From the human T2T-CHM13v2.0 reference genome, Homo sapiens: a stretch of DNA of 64,000 nt. The first letter of the stretch is position 1, and every line of letters starts with the position of its first letter. The stretch is from the NCBI RefSeq assembly GCF_009914755.1, contig NC_060939.1, one strand, 5' to 3'. The notes beneath the pieces are model-generated. The model did no database searches and was not told where the DNA came from. It saw only the letters and a program-made list of their open reading frames with translations. The translations under genes were made by a program, and so were the position numbers. Shown here one piece after another: positions 1-14,300 of this stretch.

Positions 1-1199
1 GCGATTCCATTCGAAATCGAATCAATTACATTGCAATCCATTACTATTGAGTCCATTTTATTCCAGTCCACTGCATTCTGGTCCATTCCATTTGATTCCA
101 TTCCATTCTATTCCATTCCATACAGTTGCATTCCATTGGATTCCATTCTATATCTATAAATTCAATTCGAGACCATTGCTTTTGAATCCATTCTATATGA
201 TTCCATTCCATTCAAGTCCATTACATTTGGTTCAATTCCATTCCATTCCATTCCCTTCCATTCCATTCCAGTTGATATCAATCCATTCGATTCCATTCCA
301 TTCGAGCACATTCCATTTGAGTCCATTCCATTCGATGCCATTGCATTTGATTCTATTCCATTAGTCTCCATTCAATTCCATTAATCTCCATTCCATTCCA
401 TTCTACTCCAACTGATTCCATTCCATTCTATTCCTTTCCATTCCATTTCATTCCATTCCATTCCATTTCATTCCATTCCATTCCATTCGCTTCCATTCCA
501 TTCGTGTGCATTCCACTCCAGTCCATTCCATTCGTGTCCATTCCATTCCAGTCCATTCCATTTGTGTCCACTGCATTCCATTCCACTCCATTCCATATTA
601 TTCCATTACACTCCATTCCATTCTATTACTTTCATTTCCATTCAATTCCATTCCATTTGATTCCATTGCACTCGGTTTCATTCCATTTGAGTCCACTCCA
701 TTCCATTCCATTCCATTCCATTCCAATCCATTCCATACAGTTCCATTCCATTCTGTTCCATTCCATTCCGTTCCATTTCATTCCATTCCATTCGGTACCA
801 TTCCATATTTTTCCATTCGATTCCATTCGAATCCATTCCATTCCAGTCCATTCCATTCGATTCCATTCCATTCCTTTCAATTCCATTCCATTCCATTCCA
901 TTCCACTTGATTCCACTCCATTCCCTTCCACTGCATTCCATTCGATTCCATTCCATTGCATTGCATTCCATTCCATTGGACTGCATTCCATTCGATTCCA
1001 TTCCATTCGAATCAATTACATAGCAATCCATTACATTCGAGTCTATTCTATTCCTTTCCATTCGATTTCATTCCAATCCATTCGATTCCATTCCATTCGA
1101 TTCCATTCCATACTATTGCATTCCATTTGATTACATTATATTCGAATAAGTTCCATTCAAGACCATTTCTTTTGAGTCCATTCTATTTGAGTCCATTCC

Positions 1200-4100
1200 C
1201 TTTGATTCCATAACATTTGAGTCCATTCAATTCCATTCCTTTCGTTTCCATTCCATTTGATGCCATTCCATTCAATTCTGTTCTACTCGACTCCAATACA
1301 TTCAATTCCATTCCATCCGATTCCATTACATTCTTTTCATTTCTTATCCATTTCAAGCCATTCCACTCCATTCCATTCCACTCGTTTCCTTTCCATTCGA
1401 GTCCATTCCTCTCCAGTCCATTCCGTTCAATCCATTCCATTCCAGTCCATTCCATTCGAGTCCGTTCCATTCCAGTCCATTCCATTCGAGTCAATTCCAT
1501 TCCATTCGATGTCTTTCCATAACGATCCATTCCATTCTATTCCTTTCGATTCCATTCCATTCTATTTCATTCCATTCGATTCCCTTCCATTGGACTCCTT
1601 TCCATTCGAGTGCATTCCATTCCGTTCCATTTCTTACCGTTCTGTACGATTCCTACCGTTCGATTTCATTTTGTTCCAGTCCATTCCTTTCGCGTCCATT
1701 CCATTCCATTTCACTCCATTCGATTCCATTCCACTCGATTCCACTTCGTTCCATTTCATTGCATTCCATTCCATTCAACTCTATTGCCTTCCATTCCATT
1801 CCTTTCGATTACATTCCATGCGATTCCATTCGAAATCGAATCAATTACATTGCAATCCATTACTATTGAGTCCATTTTATTTCAGTCCACTGCATTCTGG
1901 TCCATTCCATTTGATTCCATTCCATTCTATTCCATTCCATACAGTTGCATTCCATTGGATTCCATTCTATATCTATAAATTCAATTCGAGACCATTGCTT
2001 TTGAATCCATTCTATATGATTCCATTCCATTCAAGTCCATTACATTTGGTTCAATTCCATTCCATTCCATTCCCTTCCATTCCATTCCAGTTGATATCAA
2101 TCCATTCGATTCCATTCCATTCGAGCACATTCCATTTGAGTCCATTCCATTCGATGCCATTCCATTTGATTCTATTCCATTAGTCTCCATTCAATTCCAT
2201 TAATCTCCATTCCATTCCATTCTACTCCAACTGATTCCATTCCATTCTATTCCTTTCCATTCCATTTCATTCCATTCCATTCCATTTCATTCCATTCCAT
2301 TCCATTCGCTTCCATTCCATTCGTGTCCATTCCACTCCAGTCCATTCCATTCGTGTCCATTCCATTCCAGTCCATTCCATTTGTGTCCACTGCATTCCAT
2401 TCCACTCCATTCCATATTATTCCATTACACTCCATTCCATTCTATTACTTTCATTTCCATTCAATTCCATTCCATTTGATTCCATTCCACTCGGTTTCAT
2501 TCCATTTGAGTCCACTCCATTCCATTCCATTCCATTCCATTCCATTCAGTTCCATTCCATTCTGTTCCATTCCATTCCGTTCCATTGCATTCCATTCCAT
2601 TCGGTACCATTCCATATTTTTCCATTCGATTCCATTCGAATCCATTCCATTCCAGTCCATTCCATTCGATTCCATTCCATTCCTTTCAATTCCATTCCAT
2701 TCCATTCCATTCCACTTGATTCCACTCCATTCCCTTCCACTGCATTCCATTCGATTCCATTCCATTGCATTGCATTCCATTCCATTGGACTGCATTCCAT
2801 TCGATTCCATTCCATTCGAATCAATTACATAGCAATCCATTACATTCGAGTCTATTCTATTCCGTTCCATTCGATTTCGTTCCAATCCATTCGATTCCAT
2901 TCCATTCGATTCCATTCCATACTATTGCATTCCATTCGATTACATTATATTCGAATAAGTTCCATTCAAGACCATTTCTTTTGAGTCCATTCTATTTGAG
3001 TCCATTCCCTTTGATTCCATAACATTTGAGTCCATTCAATTCCATTCCTTTCGTTTGCATTCCATTTGATGCCATTCCATTCAATTCTGTTCTACTCGAC
3101 TCCAATACATTCAATTCCATTCCATCCGATTCCATTACATTCTTTTCATTTCTTATCCATTTCAAGCCATTCCACTCCATTCCATTCCACTCGTTTCCTT
3201 TCCATTCGAGTCCATTCCTCTCCAGTCCATTCCGTTCAATCCATTCCATTCCAGTCCATTCCATTCGAGTCCGTTCCATTCCAGTCCATTCCATTCGAGT
3301 CAATTCCATTCCATTCGATGTCTTTCCATAACGATCCATTCCATTCTATTCCTTTCGATTCCATTCCATTCTATTTCATTCCATTCGATTCCCTTCCATT
3401 GGACTCCTTTCCATTCGAGTGCATTCCATTCCGTTCCATTTCTTTCCGTTCTGTACGATTCCTACCGTTCGATTTCATTTTGTTCCAGTCCATTCCTTTC
3501 GCGTTCATTCCATTCCATTTCACTCCATTCGATTCCATTCCACTCGATTCCACTTCGTTCCATTTCATTGCATTCCATTCTATTCAACTGTATTGCCTTC
3601 CATTCCATTCCATTCGATTACATTCCATGCGATTCCATTCGAAATCGAATCAATTACATTGCAATCCATTACTATTGAGTCCGTTTTATTCCAGTCCACA
3701 GCATTCTGGTCCATTCCATTTGATTCCATTCCATTTTATTCCATTCCATACAGTTGCATTCCATTGGATTCCATGCTATATCTATAAATTCAATTCGAGA
3801 CCATTGCCTTTGAGTCCATTCTATATGATTCCATTCCATTCAAGTCCATTACATTTGGTTCAATTCCATTCCATTCCATTCCCTTCCATTCCATTCCAGT
3901 TGATATCAATCCATTCGATTCCATTCCATTCGAGCACATTCCATTCGAGTCCATTCCATTCGATGCCATTCCATTTGATTCTATTCCATTAGTCTCCATT
4001 CAATTCCATTAATCTCCATTCCATTCCATTCTACTCCAACTGATTCCATTCCATTCTAATCCTTTCCATTCCATTTCATTCCATTCCATTCCATTTCATT

Positions 4101-5940
4101 CCATTCCATTCCATTCGTGTCCATTCCACTCCAGTCCATTCCATTCGTGTCCATTCCATTCCAGTCCATTCCATTTGTGTCCACTGCATTCCATTCCACT
4201 CCATTCCATATTATTCCATTACACTCCATTCCATTCTATTACTTTCATTTCCATTCAATTCCATTCCATTTGGTTCCATTCCACTCGGTTTCATTCCATT
4301 TGAGTCCACTCAATTCCATTCCATTCCATTCCATTCCATTCCATTCAGTTCCATTCCATTCTGTTCCATTCCATTCCGTTCCATTACATTCCATTCCATT
4401 CGGTACCATTCCATATTGTTCCATTCGATTCCATTCGAATCCATTCCATTCCAGTCCATTCCATTCGATTCCATTCCATTCATTTCAATTCCATTCCATT
4501 CCATTCCATTCCATTCCATTACATTCCACTTGATTCCTCTCCATTCCCTTCCACTGCATTCCGTTCGATTCCATTCCATTGCATTGCATTCCATTCCATT
4601 GGATTGCATTCCATTCGATTCCATTCCATTCGAATCAATTACATAGCAATCCATTACATTCGAGTCTATTCTATTCCGTTCCATTCGATTTCGTTCCAAT
4701 CCATTCGATTCCATTCCATTCGATTCCATTCCATACTATTGCATTCCATTCGATTACATTATATTCGAATAAGTTCCATTCAAGACCATTTCTTTTGAGT
4801 CCATTCTATTTGAGTCCATTCCCTTTGATTCCATAACATTTGAGTCCATTCAATTCCATTCCTTTCGTTTCCATTCCATTTGATGCCATTCCATTCAATT
4901 CTGTTCTACTCGACTCCAATACATTCAATTCCATTCCATCCGATTCCATTACATTCTTTTCATTTCTTATCCATTTCAAGCCATTCCACTCCATTCCATT
5001 CCACTCGTTTCCTTTCCATTCGAGTCCATTCCTCTCCAGTCCATTCCGTTCAATCCATTCCATTCCAGTCCATTCCATTCGAGTCCGTTCCATTCCAGTC
5101 CAATCCATTCGAGTCAATTCCATCCCATTCGATGTCTTTCCATAACGATCCATTCCATTCTATTCCTTTCGATTCCATTCCATTCTATTTCATTCCATTC
5201 GATTCCCTTCCATTGGACTCCTTTCCATTCGAGTGCATTCCATTCCGTTCCATTTCTTTCCGTTCTGTACGATTCCTACCGTTCGATTTCATTTTGTTCC
5301 AGTCCATTCCTTTCGCGTCCATTCCATTCCATTTCACTCCATTCGATTCCATTCCACTCGATTCCACTTCGTTCCATTTCATTGCATTCCATTCTATTCA
5401 ACTCTATTGCCTTCCATTCCATTCCATTCAATTACATTCCATGCGATTCCATTCGAAATCGAATCAATTACATTGCAATCCATTACTATTGAGTCCATTT
5501 TATTCCAGTCCACTGCATTCTGGTCCATTCCATATGATTCCATTCCATTCTATTCCATTCCATACAGTTGCATTCCATTGGATTCCATTCTATATCTATA
5601 AATTCAATTGGAGACCATTGCTTTTGAGTCCATTCTATATGATTCCATTCCATTCAAGTCCATTACATTTGGTTCAATTCCATTCCATTCCATTCCCTTC
5701 CATTCCATTCCAGTTGATATCAATCCATTCGATTCCATTCCATTCGAGCACATTCCATTCGAGTCCATTCCATTCGATGCCATTCCATTTGATTCTATTC
5801 CATTAGTCTCCATTCAATTCCATTAATCTCCATTCCATTCCATTCTACTCCAACTGATTCCATTCCATTCTATTCCTTTCCATTCCATTTCATTCCATTC
5901 CATTCCATTTCATTCCATTCCATTCCATTCGCTTCCATTC
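1200..5940 (+). repeat. Multi-unit block present in three copies (~1200-5940, ~29500-34240, ~38490-43215)
   Basis: ORF landmarks are offset by 28305 (1257/29562, 3066/31371, 4880/33185) and by 37290/37275 (38547, 40356, 42155). Diagnostic variants occur in the same order: TTCTTACCG, CCTTTCGATTAC, TATTTCAG, GCGTTCATT, AACTGTATT, TTGGTTCC, ATTCAATTAC. Confidence 0.85.
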
Positions 5941-8329
5941 CATTCCTGTCCATTCCACTCCAGTCCATTCCATTTGTGTCCACTGCATTCCATTCCACTC
6001 CATTCCATATTATTCCATTACACTCCATTCCATTCTATTACTTTCATTTCCATTCAATTCCATTCCATTTGATTCCATTCCACTCGGTTTCATTCCATTT
6101 GAGTCCACTCCATTCCATTCCATTCCATTCCATTCAGTTCCATTCCATTCCGTTCCATTGCATTCCATTCCATTCGGTACCATTCCATATTGTTCCATTC
6201 GATTCCATTCGAATCCATTCCATTCCAGTCCATTCCATTCGATTCCATTCCATTCCTTTCAATTCCATTCCATTCCATTCCATTCCACTTGATTCCACTC
6301 CATTCCCTTCCACTGCATTCCATTCGATTCCTTTCCATTGCATTGCATTCCATTCCGTTGGACTGCATTCCATTCGATTCGATTCCATTCGAATCAATTA
6401 CATAGCAATCCATTACATTCGAGTCTATTCTATTCCGTTCCATTCGATTTCGTTCCAATCCATTCGATTCCATTCCATTCGATTCCATTCCATACTATTG
6501 CATTCCATTCTATTACATTATATTCGAATAATTTCCATTCAAGACCATTTCTTTTGAGTCCATTCTATTTGAGTCCATTCCCTTTGATTCCATAACATTT
6601 GAGTCCATTCAATTCCATTCCTTTCGTTTCCATTCCATTTGATGCCATTCCATTCAATTCTGTTCTACTCGACTCCAATACATTCAATTCCATTCCATCC
6701 GATTCCATTACATTCTTTTCATTTCTTATCCATTTCAAGCCATTCCACTCCATTCCATTCCACTCGTTTCCTTTCCTTTCGAGTCCATTCCTCTCCAGTC
6801 CATTCCGTTCAATCCATTCCATTCCAGTCCATTCCATTCGAGTCCGTTCCATTCCAGTCCATTCCATTCGAGTCAATTCCATTCCATTCGATGTCTTTCC
6901 ATAACGATCCATTCCATTCTATTCCTTTCGATTCCATTCCATTCTATTTCATTCCATTCGATTCCCTTCCATTGGACTCCTTTCCATTCGAGTGCATTCC
7001 ATTCCGTTCCATTTCTTTCCGTTCTGTACGATTCCTACCGTTCGATTTCATTTTGTTCCAGTCCATTCCTTTCGCGTCCATTCCATTCCATTTCACTCCA
7101 TTCGATTCCATTCCACTCGATTCCACTTCGTTCCATTTCATTGCATTCCATTCCATTCAACTCTATTGCCTTCCATTCCATTCCATTCGATTACATTCCA
7201 TGCGATTCCATTCGAAATCGAATCAATTACATTGCAATCCATTACTATTGAGTCCGTTTTATTCCAGTCCACTGCATTCTGGTCCATTCCATTTGATTCC
7301 ATTCCATTCTATTCCATTCCATACAGTTGCATTCCATTGGATTCCATGCTATATCTATAAATTCAATTCGAGACCATTGCCTTTGAGTCCATTCTATATG
7401 ATTCCATTCCATTCAAGTCCATTACATTTGGTTCAATTCCATTCCATTCCATTCCCTTCCATTCCATTCCAGTTGATATCAATCCATTCGATTCCATTCC
7501 ATTCGAGCACATTCCATTTGAGTCCATTCCATTCGATGCCATTCCATTTGATTCTATTCCATTAGTCTCCATTCAATTCCATTAATCTCCATTCCATTCC
7601 ATTCTACTCCAACTGATTCCATTCCATTCTATTCCTTTCCATTCCATTTCATTCCATTCCATTCCATTTCATTCCATTCCATTCCATTCGCTTCCATTCC
7701 ATTCGTGTCCATTCCACTCCAGTCCATTCCATTCGTGTCCATTCCATTCCAGTCCATTCCATTTGTGTCCACTGCATTCCATTCCACTCCATTCCATATT
7801 ATTCCATTACACTCCATTCCATTCTATTACTTTCATTTCCATTCAATTCCATTCCATTTGATTCCATTCCACTCGGTTTCATTCCATTTGAGTCCACTCC
7901 ATTCCATTCCATTCCATTCAGTTCCATTCCATTCTGTTCCATTCCATTCCGTTCCATTGCATTCCATTCCATTCGGTACCATTCCATATTGTTCCATTCG
8001 ATTCCATTCGAATCCATTCCATTCCAGTCCATTCCATTCGATTCCATTCCATTCCTTTCAATTCCATTCCATTCCATTCCATTCCACTTGATTCCACTCC
8101 ATTCCCTTCCACTGCATTCCATTCGATTCCATTCCATTGCATTGCATTCCATTCCATTGGACTGCATTCCATTCGATTCCATTCCATTCGAATCAATTAC
8201 ATAGCAATCCATTACATTCGAGTCTATTCTATTCCGTTCCATTCGATTTCGTTCCAATCCATTCGATTCCATTCCATTCGATTCCATTCCATACTATTGC
8301 ATTCCATTCGATTACATTATATTCGAATA

Positions 8330-11300
8330 AGTGCCATTCAAGACCATTTCTTTTGAGTCCATTCTATTTGAGTCCATTCCCTTTGATTCCATAACATTTG
8401 AGTCCATTCAATTCCATTCCTTTCGTTTGCATTCCATTTGATGCCATTCCATTCAATTCTGTTCTACTCGACTCCAATACATTCAATTCCATTCCATCCG
8501 ATTCCATTACATTCTTTTCATTTCTTATCCATTTCAAGCCATTCCACTCCATTCCATTCCACTCGTTTCCTTTCCATTCGAGTCCATTCCTCTCCAGTCC
8601 ATTCCGTTCAATCCATTCCATTCCAGTCCATTCCATTCGAGTCCGTTCCATTCCAGTCCATTCCATTCGAGTCAATTCCATTCCATTCGATGTCTTTCCA
8701 TAACGATCCATTCCATTCTATTCCTTTCGATTCCATTCCATTCTATTTCATTCCATTCGATTCCCTTCCATTGGACTCCTTTCCATTCGAGTGCATTCCA
8801 TTCCGTTCCATTTCTTTCCGTTCTGTACGATTCCTACCGTTCGATTTCATTTTGTTCCAGTCCATTCCTTTCGCGTCCATTCCATTCCATTTCACTCCAT
8901 TCGATTCCATTCCACTCGATTCCACTTCGTTCCATTTCATTGCATTCCATTCTATTCAACTCTATTGCCTTCCATTCCATTCCATTCGATTACATTCCAT
9001 GCGATTCCATTCGAAATCGAATCAATTACATTGCAATCCATTACTATTGAGTCCGTTTTATTCCAGTCCACTGCATTCTGGTCCATTCCATTTGATTCCA
9101 TTCCATTCTATTCCATTCCATACAGTTGCATTCCATTGGATTCCATGCTATATCTATAAATTCAATTCGAGACCATTGCTTTTGAGTCCATTCTATATGA
9201 TTCCATTCCATTCAAGTCCATTACATTTGGTTCAATTCCATTCCATTCCATTCCCTTCCATTCCATTCCAGTTGATATCAATCCATTCGATTCCATTCCA
9301 TTCGAGCACATTCCATTCGAGTCCATTCCATTCGATGCCATTCCATTTGATTCTATTCCATTAGTCTCCATTCAATTCCATTAATCTCCATTCCATTCCA
9401 TTCTACTCCAACTGATTCCATTCCATTCTATTCCTTTCCATTCCATTTCATTCCATTCCATTCCATTTCATTCCATTCCATTCCATTCGTGTCCATTCCA
9501 CTCCAGTCCATTCCATTCGTGTCCATTCCATTCCAGTCCATTCCATTTGTGTCCACTGCATTCCATTACACTCCATTCCATATTATTCCATTACACTCCA
9601 TTCCATTCTATTATTTTCATTTCCATTCAATTCCATTCCATTTGATTCCATTCCACTCGGTTTCATTCCATTTGAGTCCACTCCATTCCATTCCATTCCA
9701 TTCCATTCCAATCCATTCCATACAGTTCCATTCCATTCTGTTCCATTCCATTCTGTTCCATTGCATTCCATTCCATTCGGTACCATTCCATATTTTTCCA
9801 TTCGATTCCATTCGAATCCATTCCATTCCAGTCCATTCCATTCGATTCCATTCCATTCCTTTCAATTCCATTCCATTCCATTCCATTCCACTTGATTCCA
9901 CTCCATTCCCTTCCACTGCATTCCATTCGATTCCATTCCATTGCATTGCATTCCATTCCATTGGACTGCATTCCATTCGATTCCATTCCATTCGAATCAA
10001 TTACATAGCAATCCATTACATTCGAGTCTATTCTATTCCGTTCCATTCGATTTCGTTCCAATCCATTCGATTCCATTCCATTCGATTCCATTCCATACTA
10101 TTGCATTCCATTCGATTACATTATATTCGAATAAGTTCCATTCAAGACCATTTCTTTTGAGTCCATTCTATTTGAGTCCATTCCCTTTGATTCCATAACA
10201 TTTGAGTCCATTCAATTCCATTCCTTTCGTTTGCATTCCATTTGATGCCATTCCATTCAATTCTGTTCTACTCGACTCCAATACATTCAATTCCATTCCA
10301 TCCGATTCCATTACATTCTTTTCATTTCTTATCCATTTCAAGCCATTCCACTCCATTCCATTCCACTCGTTTCCTTTCCATTCGAGTCCATTCCTCTCCA
10401 GTCCATTCCGTTCAATCCATTCCATTCCAGTCCATTCCATTCGAGTCCGTTCCATTCCAGTCCATTCCATTCGAGTCAATTCCATTCCATTCGATGTCTT
10501 TCCATAACGATCCATTCCATTCTATTCCTTTCGATTCCATTCCATTCGATTCCCTTCCATTGGACTCCTTTCCATTCGAGTGCATTCCATTCCGTTCCAT
10601 TTCTTTCCATTCTGTACGATTCCTACCGTTCGATTTCATTTTGTTCCAGTCCATTCCTTTCGCGTCCATTCCATTCCATTTCACTCCATTCGATTCCATT
10701 CCACTCGATTCCACTTCGTTCCATTTCATTGCATTCCATTCTATTCAACTCTATTGCCTTCCATTCCATTCCATTCGATTACATTCCATGCGATTCCATT
10801 CGAAATCGAATCAATTTCATTGCAATCCATTACTATTTAGTACGTTTTATTCCAGTCCACAGCATTCTGGTCCATTCCATTTGATTCCATTCCATTTTAT
10901 TCCATTCCATACAGTTGCATTCCATTGGATTCCATGCTATATCTATAAATTCAATTCGAGACCATTGCCTTTGAGTCCATTCTATATGATTCCATTCCAT
11001 TCAAGTCCATTACATTTGGTTCAATTCCATTCCATTCCATTCCCTTCCATTCCATTCCAGTTGATATCAATCCATTCGATTCCATTCCATTCGAGCACAT
11101 TCCATTCGAGTCCATTCCATTCGATGCCATTCCATTTGATTCTATTCCATTAGTCTCCATTCAATTCCATTAATCTCCATTCCATTCCATTCTACTCCAA
11201 CTGATTCCATTCCATTCTAATCCTTTCCATTCCATTTCATTCCATTCCATTCCATTTCATTCCATTCCATTCCATTCGTGTCCATTCCACTCCAGTCCAT

Positions 11301-14300
11301 TCCATTCGTGTCCATTCCATTCCAGTCCATTCCATTTGTGTCCACTGCATTCCATTCCACTCCATTCCATATTATTCCATTACACTCCATTCCATTCTAT
11401 TACTTTCATTTCCATTCAATTCCATTCCATTTGATTCCATTCCACTCGGTTTCATTCCATTTGAGTCCACTCAATTCCATTCCATTCCATTCCATTCAGT
11501 TCCATTCCATTCTGTTCCATTCCATTCCGTTCCATTACATTCCATTCCATTCGGTACCATTCCATATTGTTCCATTCGATTCCATTCGAATGCATTCCAT
11601 TCCAGTCCATTCCATTCGATTCCATTCCATTCATTTCAATTCCATTCCATTCCATTCCATTCCATTCCATTACATTCCACTTGATTCCTCTCCATTCCCT
11701 TCCACTGCATTCCGTTCGATTCCATTGCATTGCATTGCATTCCATTCCATTGGATTGCATTCCATTCGATTCCATTCCATTCGAATCAATTACATAGCAA
11801 TCCATTACATTCCAGTCTATTCTATTCCGTTCCATTCGATTTCGTTCCAATCCATTCGATTCCATTCCATTCAATTCCATTCCTTACTATTGCATTCCAT
11901 TCGATTACATTATATTCGAATAAGTTCCATTCAAGACCATTTCTTTTGAGTCCATTCTATTTGAGTCCATTCCCTTTGATTCCATAACATTTGAGTCCAT
12001 TCAATTCCATTCCTTTCGTTTCCATTCCATTTGATGCCATTCCATTCAATTCTGTTCTACTCGACTCCAATACATTCAATTCCATTCCATCCGATTCCAT
12101 TACATTCTTTTCATTTCTTATCCATTTCAAGCCATTCCACTCTATTCCATTCCACTCGTTTCCTTTCCATTCGAGTCCATTCCTCTCCAGTCCATTCCGT
12201 TCAATCCATTCCATTCCAGTCCATTCCATTCGAGTCCGTTCCATTCCAGTCCAATCCATTCGAGTCAATTCCATCCCATTCGATGTCTTTCCATAACGAT
12301 CCATTCCATTCTATTCCTTTCGATTCCATTCCATTCTATTTCATTCCATTCGATTCCCTTCCATTGGACTCCTTTCCATTCGAGTGCATTCCATTCCGTT
12401 CCATTTCTTTCCGTTCTGTACGATTCCTACCGTTCGATTTCATTTTGTTCCAGTCCATTCCTTTCGCGTCCATTCCATTCCATTTCACTCCATTCGATTC
12501 CATTCCACTCGATTCCACTTCGTTCCATTTCATTGCATTCCATTCTATTCAACTCTATTGCCTTCCATTCCATTCCATTCGATTACATTCCATGCGATTC
12601 CATTCGAAATCGAATCAATTACATTGCAATCCATTACTATTGAGTCCATTTTATTCCAGTCCACTGCATTCTGGTCCATTCCATATGATTCCATTCCATT
12701 CTATTCCATTCCATACAGTTGCATTCCATTGGATTCCATTCTATATCTATAAATTCAATTGGAGACCATTGCTTTTGAGTCCATTCTATATGATTCCATT
12801 CCATTCAAGTCCATTACATTTGGTTCAATTCCATTCCATTCCATTCCCTTCCATTCCATTCCAGTTGATATCAATCCATTCGATTCCATTCCATTCGAGC
12901 ACATTCCATTCGAGTCCATTCCATTCGATGCCATTCCATTTGATTCTATTCCATTAGTCTCCATTCAATTCCATTAATCTCCATTCCATTCCATTCTACT
13001 CCAACTGATTCCATTCCATTCTATTCCTTTCCATTCCATTTCATTCCATTCCATTCCATTTCATTCCATTCCATTCCATTCGCTTCCATTCCATTCGTGT
13101 CCATTCCACTCCAGTCCATTCCATTTGTGTCCACTGCATTCCATTCCACTCCATTCCATATTATTCCATTACACTCCATTCCATTCTATTACTTTCATTT
13201 CCATTCAATTCCATTCCATTTGATTCCATTCCACTCGGTTTCATTCCATTTGAGTCCACTCCATTCCATTCCATTTGATTCCATTCCACTCGGTTTCATT
13301 CCATTTGAGTCCACTCCATTCCATTCCATTCCATTCCATTCAGTTCCATTCCATTCCGTTCCATTGCATTCCATTCCATTCGGTACCATTCCATATTGTT
13401 CCATTCGATTCCATTCGAATCCATTCCATTCCAGTTCATTCCATTCGATTCCATTCCATTCCTTTCAATTCCATTCCATTCCATTCCATTCCACTTGATT
13501 CCACTCCATTCCCTTCCACTGCATTCCATTCGATTCCATTCCATTGCATTGCATTCCATTCCATTGGACTGCATTCCATTCGATTCGATTCCATTCGAAT
13601 CAATTACATAGCAATCCATTACATTCGAGTCTATTCTATTCCGTTCCATTCGATTTCGTTCCAATCCATTCGATTCCATTCCATTCGATTCCATTCCATA
13701 CTATTGCATTCCATTCTATTACATTATATTCGAATAATTTCCATTCAAGACCATTTCTTTTGAGTCCATTCTATTTGAGTCCATTCCCTTTGATTCCATA
13801 ACATTTGAGTCCATTCAATTCCATTCCTTTCGTTTGCATTCCATTTGATGCCATTCCATTCAATTCTGTTCTACTCGACTCCAATACATTCAATTCCATT
13901 CCATCCGATTCCATTACATTCTTTTCATTTCTTATCCATTTCAAGCCATTCCACTCCATTCCATTCCACTCGTTTCCTTTCCTTTCGAGTCCATTCCTCT
14001 CCAGTCCATTCCGTTCAATCCATTCCATTCCAGTCCATTCCATTCGAGTCCGTTCCATTCCAGTCCATTCCATTCGAGTCAATTCCATTCCATTCGATGT
14101 CTTTCCATAACGATCCATTCCATTCTATTCCTTTCGATTCCATTCCATTCTATTTCATTCCATTCGATTCCCTTCCATTGGACTCCTTTCCATTCGAGTG
14201 CATTCCATTCCGTTCCATTTCTTTCCGTTCTGTACGATTCCTACCGTTCGATTTCATTTTGTTCCAGTCCATTCCTTTCGCGTCCATTCCATTCCATTTC

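Noticed and set aside
186-196. Initiator (YYANWYY) downstream of the TATA-like motif
   Set aside because: CCATTCC and CCATTCT match this consensus everywhere in the array, so the match carries no information.
1141-1155. Heat-shock element (TTCGAATAAGTTC; also TTCGAAATCGAA)
   Set aside because: The spacing does not fit alternating nGAAn units (GAAnnTTC), so it cannot be called an HSF1 site from sequence.
1183-1530. Minus-strand MEWNG-repeat ORFs (115 aa, 69 aa etc.)
   Set aside because: These are the translation of (GAATG)n, a well-known source of spurious proteins from human satellite contamination; there is no coding evidence.
1257-2183. Recurrent 308-aa plus-strand ORF (FHSIP-rich) and other plus-strand ORFs in each unit
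   Set aside because: (CATTC)n has no stop codon and translates to FHSIP repeats in every frame. Many starts are alternative codons, there is no recognisable domain, and recurrence just reflects the DNA repeat.
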